Origin: Candidatus Eiseniibacteriota bacterium
GTDB lineage: Bacteria; Eisenbacteria; RBG-16-71-46; JABDJR01
Direction of reading: 5' to 3'
Length of the DNA: 64,000 nt
Assembly: GCA_963783375.1 (NCBI GenBank)
Contig: CAWANH010000029.1
Coordinates: forward strand, 32,001 to 96,000
Position 1 is the stretch's first letter. Every line of letters begins with the position of its first letter. The position numbers and the translations under genes are program-made. Under the pieces are notes generated by a model. The model was not told the DNA's origin, did no database searches, and saw only the letters and a program-made list of their open reading frames with translations. Positions 20,027 to 30,340 of this stretch are shown piece after piece.

Positions 20027-21295
20027 TTGTCCGCACCGACTTTGGTACTCATCGTGGGCTTCGTGGCCCTCTTGGCCCTCTCGGGGACCTTCTCCGGAAG
20101 CGAGACCGCGCTCTTTTCCCTGGATCGGATCCAGCTTCGCCGGTTCGAGAGGTCCGCCTCCCGGCGGGAGCGCCTGGTGGCGGCGGTGGCCGCCCGCCCC
20201 GAACGGCTCCTGGCCGGAATTCTCTTCGGCAACACCCTGGTGAACGTGGCCGGTTCCAGCGTCATGCTGGCCATCGTCCGCCGGCTCCACGACCATTTCT
20301 GGGGCCTGGATCCGGTATCGACCTCGGTGGTCCTGGCCAGCGGGGTCATCCTCCTCCTGGGGGAGATCCTCCCCAAGGGCCTGGCCGTCCACTGGCCCAC
20401 CTGGTTCGCGCCGTTCTTCATTCCCGTTCTGGCCCCGATCCTCAAGATCTTGGCCCCGGCTACGGGGCTCCTGGAGCGGGCGGCCCTGGGGTTCCTGGGC
20501 ACCCTGGGGGAGCAACCGGGGGTGAGCCTGGGGCGGCGCGAGCTCCAGGTCCTCTTCGAGGACATCCAGGCCGGCAAGGAGATCACCGAGGACGAGGGGG
20601 AGATCGCGGCCAACATCTTCGAGTTCTTCGAGACCCGGGCCCACGAGATCATGACCCCCCGGGTGGATCTGGCCGGCGTGCCGGTGGACATCTCCCGCGC
20701 CGAGCTTCGCGACCGGGTGGTGGAGGCCCGCCACAGCCGGCTCCCGGTTTACCGCGACACCCTCGACCAGATCGTGGGCTTCATCAACACCAAGGAGTTC
20801 CTTCTCGATCCCGACCTTCCCCTGGATGCGCTGCTCCGGCCGGTTCACTTCGTGCCGGAACGGGCCCGGCTGCACCGGGTCCTGGCCGATGTCCAGGCCC
20901 GGCGTCTGAACCTCGTGGTGGTGGTGAACGAGTACGGGGGCACCGCCGGCCTCATCACCAAGGAGGACCTGGTGGAGACGGTGGTGGGGGAGATCTTCGA
21001 CGAGCTGGAGCCGGACCAGGCCCCGCCCCTGGAGCCGTTGGAGGACGACACCTGGCGGGTGGATGGGCTCTATCCCCTCGACGACCTGGCCGGGGAGATC
21101 GCGGTCCGGCTGCCCCCGGGGCCGGTCCAGACCGTGGCCGGCCACGTGGCCCATCTCCTCGGCCGCCCGCCCCGCCCGGGCGACGCGGTCACCGACGGGC
21201 CGGTCATCTACCGCGTGCTCTCGGTCCGGCGCCACCGGGCGCACCGGATCCTGGTCCGGGTGAGACGCCACCGGCCCGAAGAGGGGCGGCCGTGA
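20027..21295 (+). CDS. CNNM/hemolysin family protein (DUF21 + CBS pair + CorC_HlyC)
   Basis: FSGSETALFSL, GEILPK, EIMTPRVD, HSRLPVY, VNEYGGTAGLITKEDLVE. Confidence 0.93.
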   Translation: MSAPTLVLIVGFVALLALSGTFSGSETALFSLDRIQLRRFERSASRRERLVAAVAARPERLLAGILFGNTLVNVAGSSVMLAIVRRLHDHFWGLDPVSTSVVLASGVILLLGEILPKGLAVHWPTWFAPFFIPVLAPILKILAPATGLLERAALGFLGTLGEQPGVSLGRRELQVLFEDIQAGKEITEDEGEIAANIFEFFETRAHEIMTPRVDLAGVPVDISRAELRDRVVEARHSRLPVYRDTLDQIVGFINTKEFLLDPDLPLDALLRPVHFVPERARLHRVLADVQARRLNLVVVVNEYGGTAGLITKEDLVETVVGEIFDELEPDQAPPLEPLEDDTWRVDGLYPLDDLAGEIAVRLPPGPVQTVAGHVAHLLGRPPRPGDAVTDGPVIYRVLSVRRHRAHRILVRVRRHRPEEGRP

Positions 21296-21296
21296 C

Positions 21297-22526
21297 ATGA
21301 TCCCGTTCCTGATCGTGCTCGCGGTGCTCGGATCGGCCCTCTTCGCCGGGCTGGAGACGGGCGTGGTCTCGCTGAACCGCATCCGGCTTCGCGTGCGGGC
21401 CCGGCGGGGAGACGCTCCGGCCGCCCGGCTGCTCCAACTTCTCCAGCGCCCGGAGCGGGTGCTGTCCACCTTCCTGGTGGGGAACACCCTCTGCAATGTG
21501 GGGGGCGGGGCCCTGGCCAGCTACTGGGCCGTGCAGGGCCTCCGGCTCGGGGAAACCGCAGGCTCGCTCGCCGCCACCGCGGGCATGACCGCGATCTTCC
21601 TGGTGTTTTCCGAGCTCGGGCCCAAGGCCTACTTCCGGGTGCGCGCCGAAGACGCGGTGCCGCGGTTCCTCTGGTTCATCCGCATCGTCACCGTCGTCCT
21701 GGCCCCGATCGAGTGGGTCTCCTCCGCGTTCCTGCACCTCCTGATCGGGCGATCCGGGAAGAGCGCGTTCGTGAGCCGGGAGGAGCTCCGGCAACTCGTG
21801 CGGGAGGCGCGGGAGCGGCTCGGCACCGGTCAGCAGCGGATGCTGGAGAGCATCTTCGACTTCGGTCACACCGTGGCCCGCGAGGTCATGATCCCGCTCC
21901 CCGAGGTCGTATCGCTCCCCGAGTCGGCCTCGGTGGAGGAGCTGTTCGAGCTGGTCCGCCTCCGCCGCTACACCCGCATTCCGCTCTACCGGGACCGGGT
22001 GGACGCGATCGTGGGCCTGGTGAACGTGTTCGACGTCCTCTACGATCGGGAGCAGGCTCCGCGGGTGGCCGCCTACCGCCGGGACATCCACATCGTGCCC
22101 GAGACCTCCCTCGTCCACCGGATCCTGGTGGAGCTTCAGCACCGGCGGGAGACCATGGCCCTGGTGGTGAACGAGTTCGGCGCCTGCACCGGCATCGTCA
22201 CCGTGGAGGACATCGTCGAGGAGATCATGGGGGAGCTGGTCGACGAACATGAGGAGCTGACCCACCCCATCCAGAAGGTGAGCGACGGCTACGTGGTGGA
22301 CGCCGCGCTCGACATCGACGACCTGAACGAGGAGATGGGTCTCTCGTTGGCCAAGGACCGGTTCGACACCTTGGGGGGGCTGGTGCTCCGGAGGCTCGGG
22401 CGCATTCCGGGGGTGGGCGAACGCGTGAAAGTCGGTAATCTGGAGATCGAGGTGGTGGCCGTCCACCCCTACGGGTTGAAGCGGGTCAAGATTCGTCTCC
22501 TTGAAGGAGGGCCGGGAGAAAAGTGA
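21297..22526 (+). CDS. CNNM/hemolysin family protein, second paralog
   Basis: FAGLETGVVS, SELGPK, EVMIP, YTRIPLY, VNEFG...GIVTVEDIVEEIMGE. Confidence 0.93.
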   Translation: MIPFLIVLAVLGSALFAGLETGVVSLNRIRLRVRARRGDAPAARLLQLLQRPERVLSTFLVGNTLCNVGGGALASYWAVQGLRLGETAGSLAATAGMTAIFLVFSELGPKAYFRVRAEDAVPRFLWFIRIVTVVLAPIEWVSSAFLHLLIGRSGKSAFVSREELRQLVREARERLGTGQQRMLESIFDFGHTVAREVMIPLPEVVSLPESASVEELFELVRLRRYTRIPLYRDRVDAIVGLVNVFDVLYDREQAPRVAAYRRDIHIVPETSLVHRILVELQHRRETMALVVNEFGACTGIVTVEDIVEEIMGELVDEHEELTHPIQKVSDGYVVDAALDIDDLNEEMGLSLAKDRFDTLGGLVLRRLGRIPGVGERVKVGNLEIEVVAVHPYGLKRVKIRLLEGGPGEK

Positions 22527-25477
22527 GGGGTCGCCGTCGGGTTTCAGTTCGTCGGGCTCGTTCGTTCTTCGCGGTGATGGGCGTCGCTTGGCTCTCGCTC
22601 GTCGCCGGCGCCGCCTTGGCGCTGGAGGACGCCCCGGCGCCCCCGCGCTCGCCGCGCCCGGGGGTGGGGCCGGAGCCCTGGGCGGACTTCCGTCCCACCG
22701 AGCGTCCGGTCACCGGGTTCGTTCCGCTGAGCGGCGCGGTGGCGCCGTCGGTCTGGGAGGGATGGATCCGGGCGTCGGCATCCCCCGGGGCGCCCCGGCC
22801 CGCGTCGGGACCGACCGGAGCCGGGGTAGCCGCGTCCCGGTCCGCCGCATCGCCGGCCGGGGCCGCGTTTCTCGATCGGGAGCGCCCGGCGTTCCGGGAT
22901 GCGTGGGAGGCCGCGCTGGCCGCCGCCCGCCGGAACGACCCCGCCGGCGTGCGTCGTGCCCTGGCCGGGGCCGAGCCGTCCACCGCGGAAGGGGCGCAGC
23001 GCGAGGCCCGCCTCGCCTTCGCGGCCGCGGTGGCTGCGGAGGACCGCGCCGCCGCCGACTCGGTCTTCTATCGCATCTCCTGGGACGACGCCGGCCGCAC
23101 CGGGGCCCGGCTCGCCGCCTGGCGCGCCCTCGAGGAGGGAAATTTCTCCGAGGCGGCCCGGGTGCTGGCCGGCCTCTCCGCTCCCACGTCGGGGGAGCGG
23201 GCCGCCGCCGCCCTGGCTCGCTGGAGCGCCGATCCGTCGCGACCGGACGATTCGCTGTTCGGGGTGGAAGCGGGGGGCGCCGCCGGAACGGCCCTGGCCA
23301 TGGCCCGGGCGCGGAGCGCGCTCATCCGAGGCGATTTTCCCGCCGCGCGGGACGCCCTCGCCGGGATCGACACCGCCGCGGCGCCGGAGACCTGGCGGCC
23401 GACCCTGGCACTTCTCCGGGCCCGCACCCGGACCGGAGAGACGGAAACCCCCGCCGGGGCCGGGGAGGACGCGACCGCCTACCACGAGGCGGCGCAGGCC
23501 TTCGTGGAACAGGACCTCCGGCGGGCGGGCGAGCTTCTCGATCGCTGGCTGGTGAGCTTTCCCGCCTCGCCCTACCGTCCGCAGGCGTACCTGTTGCGAG
23601 GCGGGGTCCGGCTCGCCCAAGGGGAGGTCGCTCGCGCCGCGGACGATCTCACGGTGGCCGAGCGAAGCGGCGGGGGAGAGACCGCGGAACGCGCGCGGCT
23701 GGCCCGGGCGTTTCTGCTCGCCCAGCGAAATCGCGGCGGGGAGGGGCTTCGGCTCTTCGAGGCGGTGCAGGCCGGACCGCTGGGCGCAGACGCCGAGCCC
23801 GAGCTCCTGTTCGACCGCGCGCGCCTGGCCCGCCTCCTCGGGGACGACTCCACCACCGTCCGCGTCCGCCTGGAGTTGGAGGAAGGGTATCCGGACGCGC
23901 CCTGGGCGGTTCGGGTCGAGTCGGACACCGAGGCCTCGAAGTGGCGCGCACCATGGCCGGCGCTTCCACCCGAGCCGGCGGGAGCGCGGACCGTGCCCGC
24001 CCCCCGGGGCGGTCCGATCGGAGCGCTTCTGTGGGGGGAGGCCGAGCTTCCCCGCGCCGCCGGGCGGCTGAGCGTGTCCGCGTCGGCGCCGGCTTCATCC
24101 TCCACGCCGGCGGTTCCGCCCCCGGGGGTGATGGCGACCTCGACTCCGTCCGCGGCCCCCTCCGGAAACCGGCCCCGCCTCTTCGGCGGAGTGGCGGGCG
24201 GGGGACCCGCCGCGGTGCTCCTGGAAGGCGCGGGCGGGGGACGTGTGGGCGGACTCCTCTATCGGGGATGGCTGTCCCGGGTTCTCTCCTCCCAGCCGGA
24301 TCACCTTCCCGATCTCCGCCGCACCGACGGCGAAGGCGCCCTGGGATGGCGGGACGGGAGCGCGCGGCTCGACCTGGCCGGCGAGGGAGCCTGGCGCCAC
24401 GACGACCCCGCCGGCGGGGTCGGGCTCACGGGCCGGGGGGTGACCGCATCCTGGAAGGGGGTTCGGGGAAACGCGGCCTACGACCCGGGGGGATCCGTCC
24501 GCGGTTCGGGGTACGTGGCCTGGGCTCGCGGAGCCCTCGACACCACCGGGAACCGCAACTGGCGCACCGACCAGGTCTTCTTCGGCGCTTCCGGCGTCGC
24601 GAGCCGGGGCGGTGTCCGATGGAGCGGACGCCTGGACGTCGGCCGACTCGACCAGCGGCAGCCCGACTTCGAGCCGTTCCGGTACTGGTACCGGGATCTC
24701 CGGGTGGCCCGTCGCGCCCCCGGAGGCTGGTACCTGGGTGGCCGGCTCTCCGCCTATCACGATCGCGCCCTGTTGATGCCGGTGGCCGGGGTGGAGCGGG
24801 GCCTGGGCTCGGGGTGGACGGCCTGGGCGGCCACCGAACCCGGCATGGAGCTTCCCGCATTCGACCGCACCTTCGTCCGGGACGGCGATTGGAACGTTCC
24901 GGATCTCAGCCTCCCCGCGGAACGGCGCGACCTGGATCTTCGCGGGGGGATCCGCTGGCGCGGCTTCGGGGCCGACTCCGCCGGGGTACGGGTGGAAGCG
25001 TTCCACGCCGGCTCCTACCGGACCTGGAGCCGGGTGAACGGCGTGTTCGCCGAACGGGCGCTGGACGGAGCCACCGGGTCCCGGCTTATCTTCACCGGAG
25101 GAACGGGGGGTGGGACGGCGCGCCTCTCCGGGCGGCTGGCCGTTCAGAGCATCCGCTCCGGTGGCCGCGACGTACCCTACGTTCCCCGCGCGGAAGGCCG
25201 GCTGGAACTGGCGGTGGCCTCGCGGGGTTGGCAGGGTCACGTGGCCGCGCTGGCCGAGGGGGGACGCAAGGAGGAGGCGGGAACGAGCTACGGCTCTTTC
25301 CTGCGCTTCGACCTCGGGGTGGCCTATCGCCTCGAGGAAGGGGATCTTCCCTTCGGCGCCCGGTGGGTGGAGCTGACGATCCGGGTGCGAAACCTCACCG
25401 ACCAGGCCGACCGCCGTTGGCCCGGGGTGCCGGGCGCCGGCATCGGAGTCTACGGGGGCGTCCAGGCGCTGTACTAG
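22523..25477 (+). CDS. Putative outer-membrane protein: TPR-like helical region fused to a C-terminal beta-barrel
   Basis: Signal peptide, Ala/Arg-rich TPR-like helices, Pro/Ser linker, then alternating strands ending IRVRNLTD...GIGVYGGVQALY*. Start may be ATG 22577. Confidence 0.68.
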   Translation: MRGRRRVSVRRARSFFAVMGVAWLSLVAGAALALEDAPAPPRSPRPGVGPEPWADFRPTERPVTGFVPLSGAVAPSVWEGWIRASASPGAPRPASGPTGAGVAASRSAASPAGAAFLDRERPAFRDAWEAALAAARRNDPAGVRRALAGAEPSTAEGAQREARLAFAAAVAAEDRAAADSVFYRISWDDAGRTGARLAAWRALEEGNFSEAARVLAGLSAPTSGERAAAALARWSADPSRPDDSLFGVEAGGAAGTALAMARARSALIRGDFPAARDALAGIDTAAAPETWRPTLALLRARTRTGETETPAGAGEDATAYHEAAQAFVEQDLRRAGELLDRWLVSFPASPYRPQAYLLRGGVRLAQGEVARAADDLTVAERSGGGETAERARLARAFLLAQRNRGGEGLRLFEAVQAGPLGADAEPELLFDRARLARLLGDDSTTVRVRLELEEGYPDAPWAVRVESDTEASKWRAPWPALPPEPAGARTVPAPRGGPIGALLWGEAELPRAAGRLSVSASAPASSSTPAVPPPGVMATSTPSAAPSGNRPRLFGGVAGGGPAAVLLEGAGGGRVGGLLYRGWLSRVLSSQPDHLPDLRRTDGEGALGWRDGSARLDLAGEGAWRHDDPAGGVGLTGRGVTASWKGVRGNAAYDPGGSVRGSGYVAWARGALDTTGNRNWRTDQVFFGASGVASRGGVRWSGRLDVGRLDQRQPDFEPFRYWYRDLRVARRAPGGWYLGGRLSAYHDRALLMPVAGVERGLGSGWTAWAATEPGMELPAFDRTFVRDGDWNVPDLSLPAERRDLDLRGGIRWRGFGADSAGVRVEAFHAGSYRTWSRVNGVFAERALDGATGSRLIFTGGTGGGTARLSGRLAVQSIRSGGRDVPYVPRAEGRLELAVASRGWQGHVAALAEGGRKEEAGTSYGSFLRFDLGVAYRLEEGDLPFGARWVELTIRVRNLTDQADRRWPGVPGAGIGVYGGVQALY

Positions 25478-25517
25478 TTCGGCAGATCGATCTCACACGG
25501 CTTATCACGGAGGGCTC

Positions 25518-26150
25518 ATGTTCGAGTTGTTCACCCGGGGCGGGCTGGTGATGTACGCCATCCTGCTCTGCTCCATCGCTTCCCTGGCCATCATCCTGGA
25601 GAAGCTCTTCCTGCTTCGGGCCACCAAGCAGCGGATGGACGCCTTCCAGGCCCGCATTCAGGGCATCCTCAAGTACGGGCACCTGGACGAGGTCGAGCGC
25701 CGGGCCCGCGAACAGCCGAATCCCCTGGCCCGGATCTTCATCGCCGGGCTGGAGAAGCTCGGTCAGGGCGAAAACCGCATCAAGGAGGCCATCCAGTACG
25801 CGGGAGAGAAGGAGGCGCGCCGCCTCCGGTCCCACGTGGCCGGGCTGGCCACCATCGTGGCCGGGGCGCCGCTCCTCGGTTTCCTGGGCACCGTTCTGGG
25901 AATGATCGAGGCCTTCCGGCAGATCGAGATGCTGGGCGGCAACGTCAACGCCTCGGTCCTGGCCGGGGGCATCTGGCAGGCCCTGCTCACCACCGCCGCC
26001 GGGCTCACCGTGGCCGTGCCCACCCTCTTCGCCCATAACTGGATCGTGAGCCGCATCCGCGCCATGGTGGAGGAGCTCGAGGAGGCGTCGCAGACGCTGC
26101 TCGATTCCCTGCATCCCGCCGCGGACGATCCGAAACGGGGGGCGGAGTAG
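25518..26150 (+). CDS. exbB: MotA/TolQ/ExbB proton channel
   Basis: APLLGFLGTVLGMI, LAGGIWQALLTTAAGL. Confidence 0.92.
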   Translation: MFELFTRGGLVMYAILLCSIASLAIILEKLFLLRATKQRMDAFQARIQGILKYGHLDEVERRAREQPNPLARIFIAGLEKLGQGENRIKEAIQYAGEKEARRLRSHVAGLATIVAGAPLLGFLGTVLGMIEAFRQIEMLGGNVNASVLAGGIWQALLTTAAGLTVAVPTLFAHNWIVSRIRAMVEELEEASQTLLDSLHPAADDPKRGAE

Positions 26151-26566
26151 TGTTCCACTTCGAGGATCAGGATCAGACCATCGGCGGCATGGAGACCGCG
26201 GCCTTCGCCGACATCATTTTCCTGCTTCTCATCTTCTTTCTTCTGTCGTCTTCGTTTATATTGCCAACAGGGATTCCCGTGAACCCGCCGAAGTCGGACA
26301 CCGCGGTGACCGCCAAGGAGCAACCGATCGTGGTGACGATCACCCGCTCCGGCGACGCCTACGTGGACGAGGACAAGGTACCGTTCGCGGATCTGGCCAC
26401 CACCCTCGGGGCGCGGCTCTCGAGCGCGCCGATCAAGTCGGTGGTGGTGCGGGGCGACAAGGCGGTGAGCCTGGGCCGGCTGGTGGAGGTGCTGGACATG
26501 GCCCGCAGCGCCGGCGCGGAAAAGCTGGCCATCGCCACCGAGCAGAAGAACTCCCGCCGTCCGTGA
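26150..26566 (+). CDS. exbD: ExbD/TolR protein
   Basis: ADIIFLLLIFFLL TM with the conserved Asp; VVVRGDK...VEVLD..RSAG. Confidence 0.92.
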   Translation: MFHFEDQDQTIGGMETAAFADIIFLLLIFFLLSSSFILPTGIPVNPPKSDTAVTAKEQPIVVTITRSGDAYVDEDKVPFADLATTLGARLSSAPIKSVVVRGDKAVSLGRLVEVLDMARSAGAEKLAIATEQKNSRRP

Positions 26567-26657
26567 CCGGGCGCAGGTCCCCGGTCTCCGGCCGCGGTCG
26601 GATGGGGCCGTTCGACGGGCCGCCCAGGCGGGGCGCCAGGAGGCTGAGAACGTAACG

Positions 26658-27743
26658 ATGGCTGGAGCAACCACGACCCGTTCCTGGGGAGAGCTGGCGT
26701 TTCTCGAGATGCCGGTGCCCGCGGTGGTGCTCGACGCCAAGCGGCGCGTCCTCGCGGCCAATCCTCCCGCCTGCGCCGTGTTGCGGGCCACCATCGACGA
26801 ACTCAGGGGTCGCGATCTCACCGAGGTGATCAAGAGCGACGACCCCACGTGGTGGAGCACCGACCCGGTGGACCGGCTCGGCTCGCCCTCGATCGGGCGG
26901 CGGCTCCGGGCCCGGATCAAGGGCCGGCGGCGCCTGCTCAAGGTCGGGGTGTATCCCCTCCGCGACGGCGAGGAGGAGGTCGGGGCCCTGGTCACCGTGC
27001 GCGACGCCCGGACCGCGGATCGCGATCCCCACGAGGAGAACGACCACCTCGCTTCCCTGGGTGAGCTCTCGGCCTGCGTGGCCCACGAGATCCGGAACCC
27101 CCTGACCGGCGTCCGCACCACCGTCCAGTTCGTGGATTCCAAGCTCGAACGCGACGATCCCCGGCACGAGGACCTGGAGGAGGTGATCAAGGAGCTGGAT
27201 CGGATCGAGCAGATCATCGGCGATCTCCTGCTCTTCGCCCGTCCCGCCGAGGGGCACAAGGCACTGAGCGATCTCAACGGTCTGGTGGGCCGGGTCCTCG
27301 ACTCCATGGAGGCCCAGTTCGCCGAGGCCGAGGTCGAGGTGAAGCGGAACCTCTCCGCCGACCTGCCCGAGTTCGTGTTCAGCCCCGACAACCTGCAGCA
27401 GGTGCTTCTGAACCTGATCCGGAACGCCCTGGAATCCATGCCCGAGGGGGGGCGGCTCCGGGTAACCACCACCGTGCGCCGCTTCCGGTCCGGCCGGCCC
27501 CCGGCGGCGGAGATTTTCGTGAGCGACACCGGACACGGGATTCCCGAGGATCTCCTGGATGAGATCTTCAAACCCTTCTTCACCACCCGGCACAACGGCA
27601 CCGGGTTGGGGCTTCCCATCTCCGCCAGCATCGTCCGGGGCCACTCGGGACGCATCACCGCCCGGAACCGGCGGCCGGGGGGGGCGACGTTCCGGGTGTC
27701 GCTTCCCCTTCCCCCGCTCCCCGAGGAACCGGCCCGGCCGTGA
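26658..27743 (+). CDS. Cytoplasmic PAS sensor histidine kinase (NtrB/AtoS-like)
   Basis: PAS domain, VAHEIRNPL H-box, NLIRNA, DTGHGI, PFFTT...GTGLGL; no TM. Confidence 0.95.
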   Translation: MAGATTTRSWGELAFLEMPVPAVVLDAKRRVLAANPPACAVLRATIDELRGRDLTEVIKSDDPTWWSTDPVDRLGSPSIGRRLRARIKGRRRLLKVGVYPLRDGEEEVGALVTVRDARTADRDPHEENDHLASLGELSACVAHEIRNPLTGVRTTVQFVDSKLERDDPRHEDLEEVIKELDRIEQIIGDLLLFARPAEGHKALSDLNGLVGRVLDSMEAQFAEAEVEVKRNLSADLPEFVFSPDNLQQVLLNLIRNALESMPEGGRLRVTTTVRRFRSGRPPAAEIFVSDTGHGIPEDLLDEIFKPFFTTRHNGTGLGLPISASIVRGHSGRITARNRRPGGATFRVSLPLPPLPEEPARP

Positions 27744-29155
27744 TACCGACCGTTCTCATCATCGACGACGAGCCCTCGGTGGGGCGTTCCCTGACCCGGG
27801 TGCTGACCGACCGGGGCTGGCGGGTTTCGGTGACCCATGCCGCGGCCGAAGGGCTGATACGGGCCCAGGCCGAGCGCCCCCAGGTGGTTCTCCTGGATCA
27901 TCACCTCCCGGACGCGGACGGTCCCGACGTGCTTTCCTCGCTCCTGGAGCTGGACCCGCGGGTTCGGGTGATCGTGATCACCGCCTTCGGGGACACCTCC
28001 CTGGCGGTTCGCTTCATCAAGGCCGGGGCCTTCGATTTCCTGACCAAGCCCTACGAGATGGAGCAGCTCGTGCATGCGGTGGAAGCCGCCCGCCGGGATT
28101 CCGACGCCCAGCTCCGGCTCTCCCTCTACCACCTGCGGGAGACCCGATCGGGCTCGGTGACCCGGATGGTGGGGGAGAGCTCGGCCATCCTCGAGGTGCT
28201 CTCGATCGTGGAGAAGGTAGCCCGCTCGGACGCCACCAGCGTTCTCCTGAGCGGGGAGAGCGGCACGGGGAAGGAGCTGGCGGCCCGGGCCGTCCACGAG
28301 CTGAGCGACCGGGCCGGGGCCCCGTTCATGGACCTCAACTGCTCCACCTTCTCCGAAACCCTGCTCGAGAACGAGCTGTTCGGACACGAGAAGGGGGCCT
28401 ACACCGATGCCCGGGAGACCAAGCTCGGGCTGGTCGAGCTCACCGACGGGGGGACCCTCTTCCTGGACGAGGTGGCGGACATGCCGCTCATGACCCAGGG
28501 AAAGCTCCTCCGGTTTCTCGATTCCCGCCAGTTCAAGCGGGTGGGTGGAACCCGGGACCTGGACGTGGACATCCGCATCGTGGCCGCCAGCAACAAGGAC
28601 ATCCCCACGGCGATCGAGGCCGGGACCTTTCGCGAGGATCTCTACTACCGGCTCAAGGTGGTCTCCATCCACCTTCCTCCGCTTCGCGAGCGGGGAGAGG
28701 ACGTCCTGCTCCTCGCCACCCACTTCCTGGAGCAGTACGGCCGGAAGTTCAACCGCCGCTTCGACGGGCTGAGTCCCGAGGCGGCGGAGGCGTTGGCAAA
28801 CTACGCCTGGCCGGGGAACGTGCGCGAGCTCAAGAACGTGATCGAGCGGGCGGTACTCCTGGAGGACGGTCCGGTGTTGAAGGTCGAGCACCTCCCGCGG
28901 GAACTGGCCCGCGAGGAACATGGACTCCGTTTCCCCGAGGGCGCGGTCCCCACCCTGCAGGACGTGGAGGATCAGCACGTGCTTCGGGTGCTCGAGCACA
29001 CCGGCCGCAACAAGTCCCAGGCCGCCCGCCTCCTGGGGATCTCCCGCCAGAGTCTCCTCGACCGACTGAAGCGCCTCGATGACCGGACGGAGGGCTCCGT
29101 TTCCGGCGACTACCCGCCCGCGTCACCCTCCCTGGACGCCCCCTCCCGGCCATAG
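27740..29155 (+). CDS. Sigma54-dependent response regulator (NtrC/AtoC family)
   Basis: Receiver + AAA+ (GESGTGKE, ELFGHEKGAYTDA, FLDEV, FREDLYYRL, WPGNVREL) + Fis HTH (NKSQAARLLGISR). Confidence 0.96.
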   Translation: MIPTVLIIDDEPSVGRSLTRVLTDRGWRVSVTHAAAEGLIRAQAERPQVVLLDHHLPDADGPDVLSSLLELDPRVRVIVITAFGDTSLAVRFIKAGAFDFLTKPYEMEQLVHAVEAARRDSDAQLRLSLYHLRETRSGSVTRMVGESSAILEVLSIVEKVARSDATSVLLSGESGTGKELAARAVHELSDRAGAPFMDLNCSTFSETLLENELFGHEKGAYTDARETKLGLVELTDGGTLFLDEVADMPLMTQGKLLRFLDSRQFKRVGGTRDLDVDIRIVAASNKDIPTAIEAGTFREDLYYRLKVVSIHLPPLRERGEDVLLLATHFLEQYGRKFNRRFDGLSPEAAEALANYAWPGNVRELKNVIERAVLLEDGPVLKVEHLPRELAREEHGLRFPEGAVPTLQDVEDQHVLRVLEHTGRNKSQAARLLGISRQSLLDRLKRLDDRTEGSVSGDYPPASPSLDAPSRP

Positions 29156-29231
29156 CGCCGGCTTTTCGACGTTTATTTTGGCGAATATGGCGGTTGCCCC
29201 CGGAATGTCCACGTCGTTGCCGGCCGCGTGC

Positions 29232-29369
29232 TGTCCAGAACCTTGGCGGTGCCCAAAATCTGTACAGTCTTTGCCGATATGCCGCGCGCACGACTTAACG
29301 CATAACAGCACAATGGATTACACGTTTCGGACTCGGGTAGGAATCCTGTAACTATCCAAGTAATGGACA
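29232..29369. promoter_or_regulatory. Putative enhancer (UAS) sites, consensus TGTCCA-N5-TGGACA
   Basis: TGTCCAgaaccTTGGCG 29232-29248, TGCCCAaaatcTGTACA 29250-29266, TATCCAagtaaTGGACA 29353-29369; 100-240 bp upstream of the sigma54 promoter. Confidence 0.55.
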
Positions 29370-29467
29370 CTTGCGAGGGGTGGGAATCCCCGTTTCCGAG
29401 ACGAAATGTCAAGTCATTATGGCTTAACGTGATGCAGCATAGTGTGTTATGTGTGTTTCGGTGTTGA

Positions 29468-29483
29468 TGGCACGAATAATGCT
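29468..29483 (+). promoter_or_regulatory. Sigma54 (-24/-12) promoter
   Basis: TGGCACGAATAATGCT with exact GG-N10-GC spacing, just downstream of a sigma54 activator gene. Confidence 0.8.
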
Positions 29484-29517
29484 TTATGTCTTACCGTCGG
29501 AGGACTGGGGGTTTGTT

Positions 29518-29952
29518 GTGGCGAAGACGGTTCTGATCGTCGAGGACGAGCGGCTCTTGGCCCGGACGCTTGCCACCGCCTTGAAGGAAGTCGGATACGA
29601 CGCCGTCGTGACGAATTCCATGGATCAAGCGGAGGAGAAGTGGTTCGGAGAGTGTTCGTTCGATCTCGTCATCCTGGACAACCGTTTGCCGAAGGGAACC
29701 GGACTGGGCCTGCTCCAGTCGGCCCGGGAGCATGGGCGTGAGTCGAAGATCATCTTCATGACCGCGTTCGGCAACCGGGAGATTCGGTCGGAGGCCCGCC
29801 GGCTCCAGGTGGACAAGTACGTCCGCAAACCGTTCGACCTCGACAAGATGATCCGAAGCGTGACCGAGCTCATCGGGAGTCCCAATAACGGGGCGTCGGT
29901 GAATCCCCAAAAGGAGGGGGTGAGTAAGCATGGCGAAGAAGAAGGCGACTAA
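29518..29952 (+). CDS. Single-domain response regulator (receiver only)
   Basis: VLIVEDE, ILDNRLP, FMTAFG, RKPFD; GTG start 29518 after GGAGG. Confidence 0.9.
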   Translation: MAKTVLIVEDERLLARTLATALKEVGYDAVVTNSMDQAEEKWFGECSFDLVILDNRLPKGTGLGLLQSAREHGRESKIIFMTAFGNREIRSEARRLQVDKYVRKPFDLDKMIRSVTELIGSPNNGASVNPQKEGVSKHGEEEGD

Positions 29953-30292
29953 GAAGAAGACCGCGAAGCGGAAGACCGCCAAGAAGAAGACCGCCAAGCG
30001 CAAGACCAAGAAGAAGGCGGCCAAGAAGAAGACCGCCAAGCGCAAGACCAAGAAGAAGGCCGCCAAGAAGAAGACCGCGAAGCGGAAGACCAAGAAGAAG
30101 GCCGCCAAGCGCAAGACCAAGAAGAAGGCCGGCAAGAAGAAGACCGCGAAGCGGAAGACCAAGAAGAAGGCCGCCAAGAAGAAGACCGCGAAGCGGAAGA
30201 CCAAGAAGAAGGCCGCCAAGCGCAAGACCAAGAAGAAGGCCTCCAAGCGCAAGACCAGCAAGTCCGCGTCGAGCCGCATGGTCAAGATGTAG
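29930..30292 (+). CDS. Histone H1-like / Hc2-like Lys-Ala-Thr-rich basic protein
   Basis: AAGGAGG RBS; 120 aa built from [14 protein letters not shown]-type repeats; about 60 Lys by my count and no acidic residue; followed by a terminator. Confidence 0.85.
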   Translation: MAKKKATKKKTAKRKTAKKKTAKRKTKKKAAKKKTAKRKTKKKAAKKKTAKRKTKKKAAKRKTKKKAGKKKTAKRKTKKKAAKKKTAKRKTKKKAAKRKTKKKASKRKTSKSASSRMVKM

Positions 30293-30340
30293 CTTCGACA
30301 AAGGCTGCGATCCCACGCTCAGCCGAGGGATCGAGGTCGA

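Noticed and set aside
29410-29422. IHF site between enhancer-like sites and the sigma54 promoter
   Set aside because: Position fits, but CAAGTCATTATGG matches YAANNNNTTGATW only weakly.
29491-30316. Leu/Phe-rich membrane-protein ORFs on the minus strand
   Set aside because: Antisense of the AAG-rich histone-like gene; RBS, promoter and terminator are on the plus strand.
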